Positions 1 through 12,896 of a stretch of DNA of 64,000 nucleotides are shown in pieces; position 1 is the stretch's first letter; every line of letters begins with the position of its first letter. The notes beneath the pieces were generated by a model. That model saw only the letters and a list, made by a program, of their open reading frames with translations. It ran no database searches and was not told the origin of the DNA. The stretch is from Squalus acanthias (taxonomy: Eukaryota): contig JASTWF010000110.1 in the NCBI GenBank assembly GCA_030390025.1, positions 372,001 through 436,000 on the forward strand, written 5' to 3'. Position numbers and translations under genes: made by a program.

Positions 1-2406
1 TCCTGGACCAATATGTCAAGGAACCAAGTAGAGATCAGGCCATCTTAGACTGGGTATTATGTAATGAGAAAGGATTAATTAGCAATCTTGTTGTGCGAGG
101 CCCCTTGGGTCAGAGCGATCATAATATGATAGAATTCTTCATTAAGATGGAGAGTGAAGTAGTTGACTCAGAGACTAGGGTCCTGAATGTAAATAAAGGA
201 AACTACGATGGTTTGAGGCGTGAGTTGGGTAGGATTGATTGGGGAATGTCACTCAAAGGGTTGACGGTGGATATGCAATGGCAAACATTCAAAGATCGCA
301 TGAATGAACTACAGAATTTGTTCATCCCCGTTGGGCATAAAAATAAAACAAAAAAGGTGACTCAACCGTACCAACAAAGGTAATTAGAGATAGCATAAGA
401 TCCAAGGAGAAGACATATAAATTGGCCAGAAAAAGCAGAAAACCTGAGGATTGGGAGCAGTATAGGATTCAGCAAAGAAGGACAAAGGGATTAATTAAGA
501 GGGGGAAAATAGAGTATGAGAGTAAGCTTGCAGGGAACATAAAAACTGACTGTAAAAGCTTTTATATAGATATGTGAAGAGAAAAAGATTGGTGAAGTCA
601 AGCGTAGGTCCCTTGCAGTCAGAATCAGGGGAATTTATGATGGGGAACAAAGAAATGGCTTTCCAATTAAATACATACTTTGGTTCTGTCTTCACAAAGG
701 AGGACACAAATAACCTCCCAGAGATGTCGGGGAACATAGGGTCTAATGAGAGGGAGGAACTGAAAGAAATCAGTATTTGTGGGAAATAGTGTTAGGGAAA
801 TTGATGGGATTGAAGGCTGATAAATCCCCAGGGCCTGATAATCTACATCTTAGGGTATTTAAGGAAGTGGCCCTAGAAATAGTAGATGCATTGCTGGTCA
901 TCTTCCAAAATTCTATAGACTCTGGAACAGTACCCATGGATTGGAGGGTAGCTAATGTTACCCCACTATTCAAAAAAGGTGGTAGAGAGAAAACGGGGAA
1001 TTATAGACCGGTAAGCCTGACACCGGTAGTGGGGAAAATGCTAGAGTCCATTATAAAAGATGTAATAGCAGAGCACTTGGAAAACAGTGACAGGATCGGA
1101 CAAAGTCAACATGGATTTACAAAAGGTAAATCGTGCTTGACTAATCTACTGGAATTTTTTGAGGATGTAACTGGTAAAATAGATAAGGGAGAACCAGTGG
1201 ATGTGGTATATTTGGACTTTCAGAAGGCTTTCGATAAGGTCCCGCATAATAGATTAGCATGTAAAGTTAAGGCACATGGGATTGGGGGCAAGGTATTGAC
1301 TTGGATAGAGAACTGGTTGGCAGACAGAAAGCAAAGAGTTGGAATAAACGGGTCTTTTTCCTAGTGGCAGGCAGTGACTAGTGGGGTACCGCAGGGATCG
1401 GTCCTTGGACCCCAGCTATTCACAATATATATTAATGATCTAGACGAGGGAATTAGATGTAATATCTCCAAGTTTGCAGATGACACACAGCTGGGTGGGA
1501 GTGTGTGCCGTGAGGAGGATGCCGAGAAACTCCAGTATGATTTGGACAGGTTGGGTGATTGGGCAGAAGCATGGCAGATGCAATATAATGTGGATAAATG
1601 CGAGGTTATCCACTTTGGTGTCAAAAACAGGAAGGCAGATTATTATCTGAATGGCAATAGATTGGGAGAAGGGGAAGTGCAATGAGACCTGGGTGTCCTT
1701 GTGTACCAGTCGCTGAAGGTAAGCATGCAGGTGCAGCAGGCGGTTAAGAAGGCAAATGGTATGTTGGCCTTCGTAGTGAAAGGGTTCGAGTACAGGAACA
1801 AGGATATCTTACTGCAGTTGTACAGGGCCTTGGTGAGACCACATCTTGAGTATTGTGTGCAGTTTTGGTCGCCTTATCTGAGGAAGGATGTTCTTGCCAT
1901 GGAGGGAATGCAGCGAAGATTCACCAGGCTGATACCTGGGATGGCAGGAATGACGTACGAGGAGAGATTGGGTCGATTGGGCTTATACTCGCTGGAGTTT
2001 AGAAGAATGAGAGGGGCTCTCATTGAAACTTATAAAATTCTAACAGGACTAGACAGACTAGATGCAGGAAGGATGTTCCCGATGGCCGGGGAATCCAGAA
2101 CCAGGGGTCACAGTCTAAGGATAAGGGGTAAGCCATTTAGGACTGAGATGAGGAGGAATTTCTTCACCCAGAGAGTGGTGAACCTATGGAATTCTCTACC
2201 ACAGAAGGCAGTAGAGGCCAATTCATTAAATATATTCAAGAAGGAGTTAGATATATTTCTTAAGGCTAAAGTGATCAAGGGATATGGAGAGAAGGCAGGG
2301 ACAGGGTACTGAATTTGGATGATCAGCCATGATCTCATTGAATGGCGGAGCAGGCTCGAGGGGCTGAATGGCCTACTCCTGCTCCTATCTTCTATGTTTC
2401 TATGTA
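1..2406 (+). mobile_element. CR1 LINE, ORF2 (end of endonuclease, RT) and 3' UTR, disrupted; runs off the left edge
   Basis: RT motifs [40 protein letters not shown]; stops/frameshifts split ORF2; ends in ttctatgt-type microsatellite tail. Confidence 0.95.
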
Positions 2407-3073
2407 TGCGGAGAGTATCGGACCTCCGCGTTGGGATTGACAGGTGGCCGTTGTATTCACAGATGCAACAACCATCTCAATTCTGTTAAAGAAAGAAGTT
2501 TGATTGGGTCTTGTATTCAAGGCCTCATCAAACTACAGAGAATGTCACTGTTTGACAGCTTCACAGAGCTGTCAACCGATGACAATTCATTTGACAGATG
2601 AAACGTCGTACGTTGACGTGCTCTGCAACCGGCTTTCCCTTGATTGGCCTGCTAAGCCCGCTGGGCGGGCATAACAAGGTCAATCAAGGGAAAATAGCGT
2701 GGGTTGGCCATAAATCGATGGAGGCAGGACATCGACCCGACAAGCAGCAGCACCGCCTCCAACACTCCCCCAGTCACAAAATCATCCCCTATGTGTCTGA
2801 GCCTGGACAGTGAGTGCTGGTGGGCTGTTTGACCATGAGGGCCTCACACCTACACCCGATCCTGCCCTGACTCCACGTCCACACATGCGCTGGCCGTCAG
2901 CAGTGACTGGACTGCAATCAGTGGTACGCACCCTGGTTCAATAGTCACCCTCCCTAATCCGTTAGACAAGCAGACTCATTTTTTGTGGCCCAACATTTTA
3001 GCAGGTTATTTAAACAGACCAGGGAGTCCACCTGAGATTTCCCTAATCTGTAAGGCTCCGTGCCACACCACAT

Positions 3074-3543
3074 TGTCAGCTGTGGCTCAGTGGGTAGCAC
3101 TCTTTCCTCTGAATTAGAAGGTCCTCTATTCTTAGTCCCACTCCAGAGACCTGAGCAAATAACCCAGGCGGATGCTTCAGTGCAGTGCTGAGGGAGAGCT
3201 GCACTGCTGGAGGTGCCGTCTTTCAGATGAGACGTTAAACCCAGGTCCCGTCTGCTGTCTCAGGTGGGTGTAAAATATCCTGCGGCACTATTTCGATGAA
3301 GAGCAGAGGAGTTCTCCCTGGTGTTCTGGCCAATATTTATCCCTCAACCAAAATCAATGAAACAGATGATCTGGTCATTGATTTTATTGCTGTTTGTGGG
3401 ATCTTGCTGTGTGTGAATTGGCTGCTGCGTTTCCTACATTACAACATTGACTGCAGTTCAAAAGTACTTCATTGGTTGTGAAACGCTTTGGGACGTCCTG
3501 AGGTCGTGAAAGGCGATATATAAATGCACGTCCTTCTTTCTTT
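3074..3543 (+). mobile_element. tRNA-headed Deu-domain SINE (SacSINE1-like)
   Basis: A-box tggctcagtggg, body gctgcactg...ggtgccgtctttcagatgagacgttaaac, tail gaaaggcg.tatataaatgca; many copies in the window. Confidence 0.8.
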
Positions 3544-3847
3544 GACACGGTGAATATCAATGAGAAATGGGGGGAGAGAGTCTCTCTTTATAAATCAGAT
3601 TGAGGTTAATGCAAAGAAGGTAATTTAAAAAACCCAGAAGCGGAGGTGAAGTCTATAATTCATCCTTTATTTGCCTTCAGAAAGATAACCGGTCTCACGT
3701 CTTCAGGGACGGAGAAACAAGCAGGTCGACGAGGTGAATGAAGGATGGCAAATAACTGTTAACTCCTTCAGTGCTGGCTCAACTGAACTCTGCCTCATTC
3801 AGCATGTTTACCCCTGTGAAATAGTGCGTTGTTAATAGACTGGGAAC

Positions 3848-3915
3848 TGGGTGGTGTAGTGCGTTAGTGCACTGGCCTTTCACCTTCTCGGGACCTGGGT
3901 TTGAATCCATCCCAG
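3848..3915 (+). mobile_element. Isolated tRNA-derived SINE head (LF-SINE-like)
   Basis: ggtggtgtagtgcgttag...gcctttcaccttctcgggacctgggtttgaatcc: A/B-box-like, no complete cloverleaf. Confidence 0.35.
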
Positions 3916-3951
3916 TGAAGGCAGGAGCCGGGCATGTCCAGTGTTGGCTTT

Positions 3952-5268
3952 ATATAGGATATTGTCATATATCCCTTTTACCATCAAGTGGAGGTATTAT
4001 AGGATATTGTCATATATCCCTTTTACCATCAAGTGGAGGTATTATAGGATATTGTCATATATCCCTTTTACCATCAAGGGGAGGTATTATAGGATATTGT
4101 CAGATATCCCTTTTACCATCAAGTGGAGGTATTATACGATATTGTCATATATCCCTTTTACCATCAAGTGGAGGTATTATACGATATTGTCATATATCCC
4201 TTTTACCGGATGTGGAGGTATTATACGATATTGTCATATATCCCTTTTCCCTGATGTGGAGGTATTATAGGATATTGTCATATATCCCTTTTACCTGATG
4301 TGGAGGTATTATAGGATATTGTCATATATCCCTTTTACCATCAAGTGGAGGTATTACAGGATATTGTCATATATCCCTTTTACCTGATGTGGAGGTATTA
4401 TAGGATATTGTCATATATCCCTTTTACCATCAAGTGGAGGTATTATAGGATATTGTCATATATCCCTTTTACCATCAAGTGGAGGTATTATAGGATATTG
4501 TCATATATCCCTTTTACCATCAAGTGGAGGTATTATAGGATATTGTCATATATCCCTTTTATCTGATGTGGAGGTATTATAGGATATTGTCATATATCCC
4601 TTTTACCTGATGTGGAGATATTATAGGATCTTGTCATATATCCCTTTTACCATCAAGTGGAGGTATTATAGGATATTGTCATATATCCCTTTTACCTGAT
4701 GTGGAGGTATTATAGGATATTGTCATATATCCCTTTTACCATCAAGTGGAGGTATTATAGGATATTGTCATATATCCCTTTTACCTGATGTGGAGATATT
4801 ATAGGATCTTGTCATATATCCCTTTTACCATCAAGTGGAGGTATTATAGGATATTGTCATATATCCCTTTTACCATCAAGTGGAGGTATTATAGGATATT
4901 GTCATATATCCCTTTTACCTGATGTGGAGATATTATAGGATCTTGTCATATATCCCTTTTACCATCAAGTGGAGGTATTATAGGATATTGTCATATATCC
5001 CTTTTACCTGATGTGGAGGTATTATAGGATTTTGTCATATATCCCTTTTACCATCAAGTGGAGGTTTTATAGGATATTGTCATATATCCCTTTTTCCTGA
5101 TGTGGAGGTATTATAGGATATTGTCATATATCCCTTTTACCATCAAGTGAAGCTTTTATAGGATATTTTCATATATCCCTTTTACCATCAAGTGAAGGTA
5201 TTATAGGATATTGTCATATATCCCTTTTACCTGATGTGGAGGTATTATAGGATATTGTCATATATCCT
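3952..5268. repeat. 45/44-bp minisatellite, about 29-30 copies
   Basis: Unit tataggatattgtcatatatcccttttacc(atcaagt or tgatgt)ggaggtat. Confidence 0.97.
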
Positions 5269-5342
5269 TTCCAAGTTCGAGGACTAGATCACTCTGAAAC
5301 ATCTGGTTAACACTCTTTATTAAATCAAGTCAATGATATAAC

Positions 5343-5800
5343 GGGCCAAATCTTGCTGGAGTGGGGCATCTCGCGACGTGCGCCGTTCGTTAGACTTTTT
5401 CCTGCACCCTATAGCTCGAATATAATTTGTGTCGTAAGGTGTTGGAAGTGTGAGCTGATAACGGCGCAGCGAGGGCAACTGGGCATCTGGGACCTCAGTG
5501 AACGACAGGAGCAACAGTCTATCTCCTAAAGCAATGAGATTTAAGGATTGAGAAAGAAACAGAGGAAGGATGGAGAAGGAGGGTGAATTAGAGTCAAATC
5601 AGGTACAGAAAGAGAAATAGAGAGGGAAAGAAAGATTGCGTTAAGAGAGAAAGGAAAAGTAATGTGAAAAATTTTACATTTTAAAAAATCGCTAAGAATA
5701 ATTTACTACATGCAGGAATGATACTGAACAGTTTAAATTGTTCCCTTTCTGGGCCAGAGGGGTTGTGTGGCATTGCATTAACAATTATCACGTTGTTAAA
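5343..5800. mobile_element. Partial non-autonomous DNA transposon (family X, GGGCC terminus)
   Basis: Begins gggccaaatcttgctg; reverse-complement similar to 48550-48990 and similar to 20990-21300. Confidence 0.6.
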
Positions 5801-6719
5801 AACAAAAGGCAGCTGGTTGAGAATCACAGCGGATGGGGGAAACTCCCCGCCACGCAGCCACTGGATTCTGGTCTCTGCCACTTGACTGAAGTGGAAGTTA
5901 AAGAAACTGTCATTGAAATGATTTGAGCTGGTTAAATCTCAATTTGAGGTCAGGAATAAAAATATAGAGTTGCTGCAATCGGGCAGGTGTGTCCCGAGTC
6001 AGCGTGTTTGTTCACTGACACCGTGCACCAGGGACACGGCTCCTGCCCGTGAACACCGCTCTCCCAGCCGCCCCCTGGAGAAGGAACAGAGGCCCTTCAC
6101 TGGGTTCACTGGGAGGTCAGATTCCCCCCCCAACCCCAACCCTAAATTATTGTCGAGCTGCAACCACTGGTCACAGAGCCTTGGGAACTAGGCCCGATAT
6201 CTAAAGCAGGATAACTGGGGCAATAAAAGTAACTCACAGAATGTTGTGTTTCACCAACAGATTGCTGAAGTTTCCAGAGTATTGGGCCGAGACTATCGGA
6301 TGTGTCGGGAAAACTAAACGTAGCAACACTCCCTTCAGCTTGGCTCACTTGAGTGAACCGATGGAAGCTGCACCTTCTCCATCTTTATCTCTATCTCCAG
6401 CCACAGCTCCATGTGATGAGGCGAGAACATCTATCATTAAATAAAGACTTGTGTGAGATCGCTTCATTCATTAATAAGTCCCAGCTACAGTTAGAGGTTC
6501 AGGTAACTCACAGTGTGGGACAGTAACTGGAGGGCAGATGGTGAGGGGGAATCTACCTGTTCACAGGAGCCCGACTGAATGAGACTGAAGATCTCAGGGA
6601 ATGAGTTGAGCTTCATTCACTTTAGATCAGTGAGCGATTCAAATCCAGCCCCGATTAAACACAATCAGCAAAACAGTCACAAGGAGCCAAGGGGACCTCA
6701 GAAATAGAATTACATTTAT

Positions 6720-7400
6720 CCGCACCATCACTAAGAGCGCCTATTACTACCTCCGGAACATCGCTCGACTCTGTCCCTGCCACAGCTCATCTGCTGCTGA
6801 AACCCTCATCCATGCCCTTATTACCTCTAGACTTGACTATTCCTGGTCAGCCTCCCACGTTCTACCCTCTGTAAATTTGAGGTCATCCAAAATTCGGCTG
6901 CCCGTGACCTAACTCGCACCAAGACCCGTTCACCCATCACCCCTGTGCTCGCTGACCTACTTTGGCTCCCAGTTAAGGACGCCTCAATTTTAAAATTCTC
7001 ATCCTTGTATTCAAATCCCTCCATGGCCTCGCCCCTCCCTATCTCTGTAATCTCCTTCAGCCCCACAATCCCTCAAGATATCTGCGCTGCTCTAATTCTG
7101 CCCTCTTGAGGATCCCTGATTATAATCGCTCAACCTTTGGTGGCCGTGCCTTCTGTTGTCTAGGCCCAAAGCTCTGGAATTCCCTGCCTAAACCTCTCCA
7201 CCTCTCTACCTCTCTTTCCTCCTTTAAGACACTCCTTAAAACCTACCTCTTTGACCAAGCATTTGGTCACCTGCCCTAATTTATCCTTGTGTGGATCGGT
7301 GTCAAATTTTTTGTCTTTTCACACTCCTGTGAAGCCCCATGGGACGTTTTACTACATTGAAGGTGCTATATAAATACAAGTTGTTGTTGCTGTTGTTGTT
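6720..7400 (+). mobile_element. LINE2 3' fragment
   Basis: gctgaaaccctcatccatgcc...ctagacttgactatt...ctctggaattccctgcct...ctatataaatacaagttgttgttg tail. Confidence 0.85.
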
Positions 7401-7700
7401 GAGTGCTGCACTGTCGGAGGTGCCGTCTTTCGGATGAGATGTTAAACCGAGGCCCCGTCTGCTCTCTCCGGTGGATGTGAAAGATCCCATGGCAACATTT
7501 CGAAGAAGAGCAGGGAAGTTATCCCTGGTGTCCTGGCCAATATTAATCCCTCAATCAACATAACAAAAACAGATTATCTGGTCCTTATCACATTGTGGGT
7601 GCAAAATTGACTACATTTCAAAATACTTCATTGGCTGTAAAGCGCTTTGGGACATCCGGTGGTTGTGAAAGGTGTTATATAAATGCAATGCTTTATTTAT
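7401..7700 (+). mobile_element. Deu-domain SINE, 5' truncated
   Basis: Matches body and tail of 3074-3543. Confidence 0.8.
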
Positions 7701-7934
7701 CATTGGCGGCCGTGCCTTTAGCTGTCTCGGCCCCAGGCTCTGGAATTCCCTGCCTAAACCTCTCCGCCTCTCAAACTCTCTTTCCTCCTTTAAGACGCTC
7801 CTTAAAACCTACCTCTTTGATCAAGCATTTGGTCACCTGTCCTAATATCTCCTTATGTGGCTCGTAGCCAAATTTTGTTTTATGACACTCCTGTAAAGTG
7901 CCTTTGGACACTGTATAAATACAAGTTGTTGTTG
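7700..7934 (+). mobile_element. LINE2 3' end fragment
   Basis: Second copy of the 7135-7390 sequence ending tataaatacaagttgttgttg. Confidence 0.8.
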
Positions 7935-8379
7935 ATATACTAGAAGTACGGGAAATAAAATAACTGATGAAAATAAAATTGTTGGTGAATTTAAAGAGAT
8001 TTATTTCCCTGCACATAGTGAGCTCCAGGCCGCCCCGATACCATGGTAACGGGACATCGAGCAGGACTGAATGAAATGGAGGAAGAGTTTCTCATGTGAT
8101 GCAGAGCTTGGGTTTGCAGCGAAAGTGCCCAGAACAAAGTGGCAAAATTATTTCAAAATAAAGATTATCAGATTGTTAGCAAAGAAATGTAAAAATCTCA
8201 CATTTAAAATAATAAATTTAGCCTTTAGGTTAATATTGTTTCTTCAAAAACAGCTCGAGTGGGTGTGTTTGAGGTATCAGTAAAATAACTGGCAGAGTGT
8301 GGAGACCGACAGAGGCCTGGGCCCGGGTCCATCTCCATCTCTCGCCATCTCCATCTCTCTCTATCTCCAGCCTCAGCCA

Positions 8380-10520
8380 TGTCTCACCTCCTGACTCCCC
8401 AAAGCCTTTCCACCATCGACAAGGCACAAGTCAGGACTGTGATGGAATATTCTCATTTTCCGGTTGGCAACCAGTAACTAGTGGGGTGCCACAGGGATCA
8501 GTGCTGGGGCCTCAACTATTTACAATCTATATTAATGACTTGGATAAAGGGACCAAGTGCACTGTAGCCAAATTTGCTGATGATACAACATAGGTGGGTT
8601 AGCAGGTTGTGAGAAGGACTACAAAATGCTGCGGTACAAAGGGATCTGGGGGTCCTAGTACATGAAACACAAAAAGTTAGCATGCAGGTACAGCAAGTAA
8701 TTAGGAAGGCTAATGGATGTTGGCCTTTATTGCAAGGGGTATGGAGTATAAAAGTAGGGAAGTTTTGATGAAACTTTACAGGGCGCTGATGAGACCACAC
8801 CTGGAGTACTGCGTACAGTTTTGGTCTCCATATTTAAGGAAGGATATACTTGCATTGGAGGCAGTGCAGAGAAGGTTCACTAGGTTGATTCCTGGGATGA
8901 AGGGGTTGACGTATGACGAAAGGTTGAGCGGGTTGGGCCTATACTCATGGCAGTTTAGAAGAATGAGAGGAGATCTTATTGAAACATATAGGGGGAAAAA
9001 TTGAGTCGTGCCCTCTTTGGGGCGCTAACTTCACCGGGGCGCTAACTTCACCGGGGCGCTACTCCCGGAAAAATTAGCACCCCTGTGGCTGAAATTGAGT
9101 CGTAACGCCCCAAGAGGGAAGCAGGGCGCTACTGGAAGCCTTCCTCCCCTTCTTATAGGGGAGGGGCCTTGCGCAGCGAGACCCGGGGCCGAGCTGGGCC
9201 ACAGACGATCCGAGTGCCGGCAAAAGAACCCGGCACTCAAGAGAAGTGCCGGGCTCATGGAGCGCAGCCGGCACTCCGCGGGGGAGCGGGTCAGGAGGCC
9301 GGGGACGGTAGCAGAGGCAGAAGCTGGCAGGCGGCCAGCAACAAAAATGGCCGCCTGGCCCCTTGCCTTTAAATAGCGCCGCCCCGGCCTCAGGTAGGCC
9401 TCCCTGACCCCGTCGAACATAGCGTCCGGCGGTATGTCAGGGGGCGCTACCGAAGATCACGGCCGGGGCGCTGCACATGGCGATGACATCATCGCCGGCA
9501 GCGCAGCGCCATGGGGCGCTAACGGTTACCGCCGCCGCTAACCTCCCTCTGAATTTCGCAGGAGGCATTGGCGGCACCGTGCCCGGGTGCTAGTTGCTTT
9601 GCGTCGCGTTAGCGCCCTCTTAGGGCCCTAATGGGAGGCGCAAAGCAACCAAATTTTTCCCCCATAAGATTCTGAGGGGGAGTGACGGGGTGGATGCTGA
9701 GAGGATGGTTCCCCTAGTGGGGGTATCTAGAACTTGGGGGCATAGTTTCAGAATAAGGTGCCGCCCATTTAGGACCGAGATGAGGAGGAATTTCTTCTCT
9801 CAGAGGGTCGTGAATCTTTGGAATTCTCTACCCCAGAGAGCTGTGGAGGCGGAGTCATTGAATATATTCAAGACAGAGATTGACAAACATTTGAACTACA
9901 AGGGGGTCAAGGGGTACGGGGAGAGAGCGGGAAAGTGGTGTTGAGGCCAAGATTGGATCAGCCATGATCTTATTGAATGGCGGAGCAGGCTCGAGGGGCC
10001 GATTGGCCTACTCCTGCTCCTGTTTCTTATGTTCTCTCCATTTGCCTGGATGAGTGCAGCTCCAACAACATTCAAGAAGCTCAACACCAGCCAGGACAAA
10101 GCAGCCTGCTTGATTGGCACCCCATCCACCACCTTATACAATCACTCCCTCCAACACCGGCGCACCGTAGCTGCAGTGTGTACCATCTACAAGATGCACT
10201 GCAGCAACTTGCCAAGGCTTCTTCGACAGCACCTCCCAAACCCGCGACCTCTTCCACCTAGAAGGACAAGGGCAGCCGGCACATGGGAACACCACCACCT
10301 ACAAGATCCCCTCCAAGTCACACACCATCCTGACTTGGAAGTATATCGCCATTCCTTTATCATGGCTGGGTCAAATTCCTGAAACTCCCTCCCTAACAGC
10401 ACTGTGGGAGCACCTTCACCACACGGACTGCAGCGGTTCAAGAAGGCGGCTCACCAAGAACAGTTAGGGATGGGCAATAAATGCTGGCCTTGCCAGTGAT
10501 GCCCACATCCCAGGAAAGAA
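8380..10520 (+). mobile_element. Older CR1-like LINE 3' part (8380-8453 and 10030-10520) interrupted by a younger CR1 (8453-10030)
   Basis: aaggcacaagtcaggactgtgatggaatattctc resumes as tctccatttgcctggatgagtgcagc after a CR1 with [22 protein letters not shown] motifs and a 3' UTR. Confidence 0.75.
8991..9663. mobile_element. GC-rich Harbinger-type MITE (family B)
   Basis: TIRs gggggaaaaatt / aatttttccccc; TSD ATA; removing it restores CR1 gaaacatataagattctg. Confidence 0.85.
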
Positions 10521-10633
10521 TTTTTTAAAAAGTCCAATACACACTGACACAGACACACACACACAGAAAACACACACATACAGATACCCACACTGACACA
10601 CGCCAACACACACACAGAAAACACACACATACA

Positions 10634-11326
10634 GGCCCAAAAATTAGTCGCGCGACGCGAGAGTACGCACTGTGTACTCTCGCGTATTCTGTCACCAATT
10701 GCCGGTTTTCTGCATGCACTGCGCATGCGCTGAAAACCGGCACTTGGTTTTTGGAAAAGGGGGCGGTTCCTCGGTGCACCGCGTGCGCGCACGCTGTGCA
10801 CTTAGTGCTTTGGACGCGCAGGTAAGGACGGAAGATTTTAGAAATGAAAAAAGGAGGAGTAAGACCCACTTTTAACAAGGTAAGTAGTGAATTAAGTATT
10901 ATTTTGAATTTTTTTTAACAGGTATATCTTTTTTAGAGACTTTAAAGACAGGTAAGTTTATTTTTATAACTTTTTAAAAGAAATTTAATTTTTTATTTAA
11001 AATAGTTAATTTATTTAACTATACTTATTTTATTAATGTGATGGTTTTTTTAAAAAATTTAATTGAGGTTTAGCTGTTATTTTGGGGGTGTGTAAGATTC
11101 ATAGCTTTCACAGCACTTATGTAAAACTTATGAATGGAAGATGGTGTGCTGCCATTGGCTCTAACTGAGTCACGTGATCCCACAGCTCGCACGAATTCAC
11201 TACGCCGGTGGGATACGCAAGCACTGCCCAGTTCGTGCGAGCTGGATCTGAAAAAGCCAACGCGGAGTGAGAGATCGCGGGGAAGCCTTACCCCCGCGTC
11301 AACACTCAGTCTTTAATTTCTGGGCC
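10634..11326 (+). mobile_element. Harbinger-type MITE (family A)
   Basis: TIRs ggcccaaaaatta / taatttctgggcc; TSD ACA within a CA microsatellite; homologous to 40759-41440 and 63002-63763. Confidence 0.85.
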
Positions 11327-11619
11327 ACACACACAGATACAGGTATACGCGTACACACAGGGACACACTGGGAGGGTAAGGAGTACTGGTTCACTGAATT
11401 ACTAGGCATCACTAGACCTGGGGGAATGTGCCAGGTGGTGACCTCGGCAATTGCAAATAAGATGCAAAGTATCTCCTCAGCATATATGCCGATTGCTAAG
11501 TGCTCCAACCTCTCCCAGATAATAGGCAAATTTTTGAGTCTAACTATCAACTGACAGTAGACTAAAGACAGTAGAACCACACAGAAAAAACAATTCCATT
11601 ACAACACAGGAGGTTAAGT

Positions 11620-12516
11620 GGGAATCTTATAAGATAAAACAGGATTCATTATTTCCACTGGTCTGTGACTCAATAACTAGAGGACTTACATTTAAACACA
11701 ACATCAAAACAACAAAGTGGGGAGAATTTTTTAATACAGAGGGTTGTTAGAACATGCAGTCCCCTGTCAGAAACAGTGGTGGAAGGACCAGGAGTAGGCC
11801 ATTCAGCTCCTCGAGCGCATTCTGCCATTCAATGAGATCGTGGCTTAAAAGGGAAGTGGATAAATATTTGAAGAAGAAACATTTGAAAGGGTGCGGGGAG
11901 AGGTCAGGGGAGTGGGACTGATTGAATCGTTCTCTCAGTGAGCTGGCACAGGTGCGATGGGCCGAATGGGCTTTATATCGAGAGGACTAGAATACAAGGG
12001 GGTAGAAGTTATGCTGCAGCTATACAAAGCTGTAAGCCCACAGCTGGAGTACTGAGAGCAGTTCTGGACACCACACCTTAACAAGGCTATATTGGCCTTG
12101 GAGGGAGCACAGCGTAGATTTACCAGAATGAGGACTCCAAGGGTTAAATTACGAGGCGAGATTACACAAACTAGGGGAACTGATGGGTAGATAGAGAGAA
12201 ACTATCTCCGCTGGTTGGGGAGTCTAGGAATAGGGGGCGAAGCCTAAAAATAAGAGCCAGATCTTTCAGGAGTGAAGGTAGGAAAGATTTCTACTGGTTA
12301 AAGGTGGCAGAATATTGGAATCTCTTCCGCAAATGGCAGTTGATGCTGGGTCAATTGTTAATTTTAAATCTAAGATTGATAGATTTTTGTTAACCAAAGG
12401 TATTAAGGGATATGGAGCAAAGGCGGGTATATGGAGTTAAGGCACAGATCAGCCAGGATCTCATTGAATGGCAGAACAGGCTCGAGGGGCTGAATGGTCT
12501 AATTATGTTCCTATGT
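11620..12516 (+). mobile_element. Degraded CR1 3' fragments (at least two)
   Basis: cacagctggagtact...cagttctgg, CR1 3' UTR gatctcattgaatggc...ctcgaggggctgaatgg. Confidence 0.75.
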
Positions 12517-12627
12517 AAAACTCTGTCAATCTACATCTGTGATGCGGAGATGCCAGTGTTGGACTGGGGTGGACAAAAGTGAGAAGTCGCACAACACCAG
12601 GTTATAGTCCAACAGCTTTATTTGAAA

Positions 12628-12664
12628 TCACAAGCTTTCGGAGCGCTGCTCCTTCGTCAGGTGA
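12628..12664 (-). ncRNA. Minimal hammerhead ribozyme motif, second arm
   Basis: Minus strand tcac-CTGACGA-a-ggagc(agc)gctcc-GAAA-gc-TT-gtga. Confidence 0.65.
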
Positions 12665-12858
12665 AGTGAAGAAATACATATGGGCACAGCATAAATAATA
12701 AATCTTCCTGACTGACCTGGTTGGACACCATCCACACCTTTGATTGCCGTGATTGTCTCTCTGCCGAGGTGTGATAAAGGGCAGTTAGAAAGATTAACTG
12801 TAGTCATCTGGCAGTGTTCTCTGACTATATATGCTGTGCCCATATGCATCTCTTCACT

Positions 12859-12896
12859 TCACCTGACGAAGGAGCAGCCGCTCCGAAAGCTCGTGA
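12859..12896 (+). ncRNA. Minimal type I hammerhead ribozyme motif (Penelope-associated)
   Basis: tcac-CTGACGA-a-ggagc(agcc)gctcc-GAAA-gc-TC-gtga: stem I tcac/gtga, stem II ggagc/gctcc, palindromic AGCT stem III. Confidence 0.65.

Larger units (their letters stand above)
6441..8170 (-). pseudogene. Paralogous copy of the receptor 5' region (leader exon plus start of intron 1), split by an L2/SINE insertion, donor deleted
   Basis: 6441-6719 and 7937-8170 align colinearly with 44401-44930. ATG at 8016 gives MCREINLFKFTNNFIFISYFIS. The segment holding the gtaagt donor is missing. Confidence 0.7.

Noticed and set aside
3690-3815. Possible minus-strand exon ending at gtgaga (3698)
   Set aside because: No convincing acceptor or start, stops in the ATG frames, no recognisable peptide.
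3952-5268. CRISPR-like appearance of this and other tandem arrays
   Set aside because: Head-to-tail units without unique spacers, no cas genes, vertebrate context.
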